In this document: positions 62,215 through 62,773 of the stretch, one piece after another
How positions within the stretch are numbered: the first letter of the stretch is position 1
How the letters are laid out: every line of letters starts with the position of its first letter
Origin: Octopus bimaculoides
Lineage: Eukaryota
Direction: 5' to 3'
Assembly (NCBI RefSeq): GCF_001194135.2
Contig: NC_068997.1
Coordinates: forward strand, 52,963,996-53,026,768
DNA: 62,773 bases
The notes under the pieces: generated by a model
What the model saw: only the letters and a program-made list of their open reading frames with translations
The model's database searches: none
What the model was told of the DNA's origin: nothing
Made by a program: the position numbers and the translations under genes

Positions 62215-62385
62215 GTGACCGTTTAGCCCTAGGCAGGTATTGAGCAAACACATATTTCTGACCAAGATGTTTCAAGCTGCGACCAACGAATCTTTTAATC
62301 AGATATTGCGCATAGTTTCCGTCAATGTTTCAGGAATCTGAATGTGCTGTGAGGGTGTTTTAACTGCTATTTCTAGCATTGGAAC
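62215..62385 (-). mobile_element. Family D, degraded copy
   Basis: gtttagccctagg...gagggtgttttaactgctatttctagca. Confidence 0.4.
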
Positions 62386-62439
62386 AGCTGTATTTCTCAC
62401 TGATAGTTATGATGATGACGACAATGAGATGACGACGAC

Positions 62440-62471
<32 letters not shown>

Positions 62472-62602
62472 CAAAACTGATGTTATCCCTCCACCTCCTC
62501 GTCCTGTCATCCTTCTGTTCCTTGTCGTGTCGTCATCGTCGTCATCGTCGTCATCATTTATTTTATTGTTATGATGACACACCAGCACAGAGACACTTAA
62601 CA

Positions 62603-62652
<50 letters not shown>

Positions 62653-62773
62653 CACACCCATATTTATGCAATCATGTATGTGTGTAAAAATGTAGATCTG
62701 TATTTACCTACCAATATATATATATAAATATACACACGCACACACATATATTCGTATATATATATATATATAT

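Noticed and set aside
719-62695. Long ORFs of HT, YI, CV, LS, poly-I/L/F/S and X runs in the ORF track
   Set aside because: Translations of di-, tri- and tetranucleotide microsatellites or of N gaps; no domain content
1-62773. CRISPR-like or other prokaryotic systems, intact tRNA or rRNA genes
   Set aside because: No regularly spaced repeat-spacer array or operon-like ORF density; the tRNA-like sequences are SINE heads and the 5S copy is degenerate

Overview
Eukaryotic, AT-rich, repeat-dominated window. The dense microsatellites and the SINE and LINE families look like Octopus (coleoid cephalopod) genomic DNA from a gappy short-read assembly: about 25 N-gaps, roughly 11 kb in total, almost all flanked by microsatellites. 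I find no intact host protein-coding gene. Nearly every ORF in the track is translated microsatellite, a run across a gap, or a decayed transposon. What can be supported: four dispersed short-repeat families (three tRNA-headed SINE families and one unclassified (CAA)n-tailed family), and decayed fragments of R4/Dong-like, other RLE-type, HERO-like, CR1-like and RTE-like LINEs. There are also two Penelope-like (PLE) remnants, a Tc1/mariner transposase remnant, a Tigger/pogo-type MITE, a hAT MITE, a degenerate 5S rRNA copy and several decayed minisatellites. The most notable signals are three hammerhead-ribozyme-like motifs in repeat termini (probably PLE-derived), a 3' tail shared between the CR1 fragment and SINE family B, a 5S copy abutting a tRNA-SINE head, and a compact RFX X-box plus CRE module. 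Family assignments come from motif recognition by eye, not from database searches. All exon and regulatory calls are low-confidence hypotheses.
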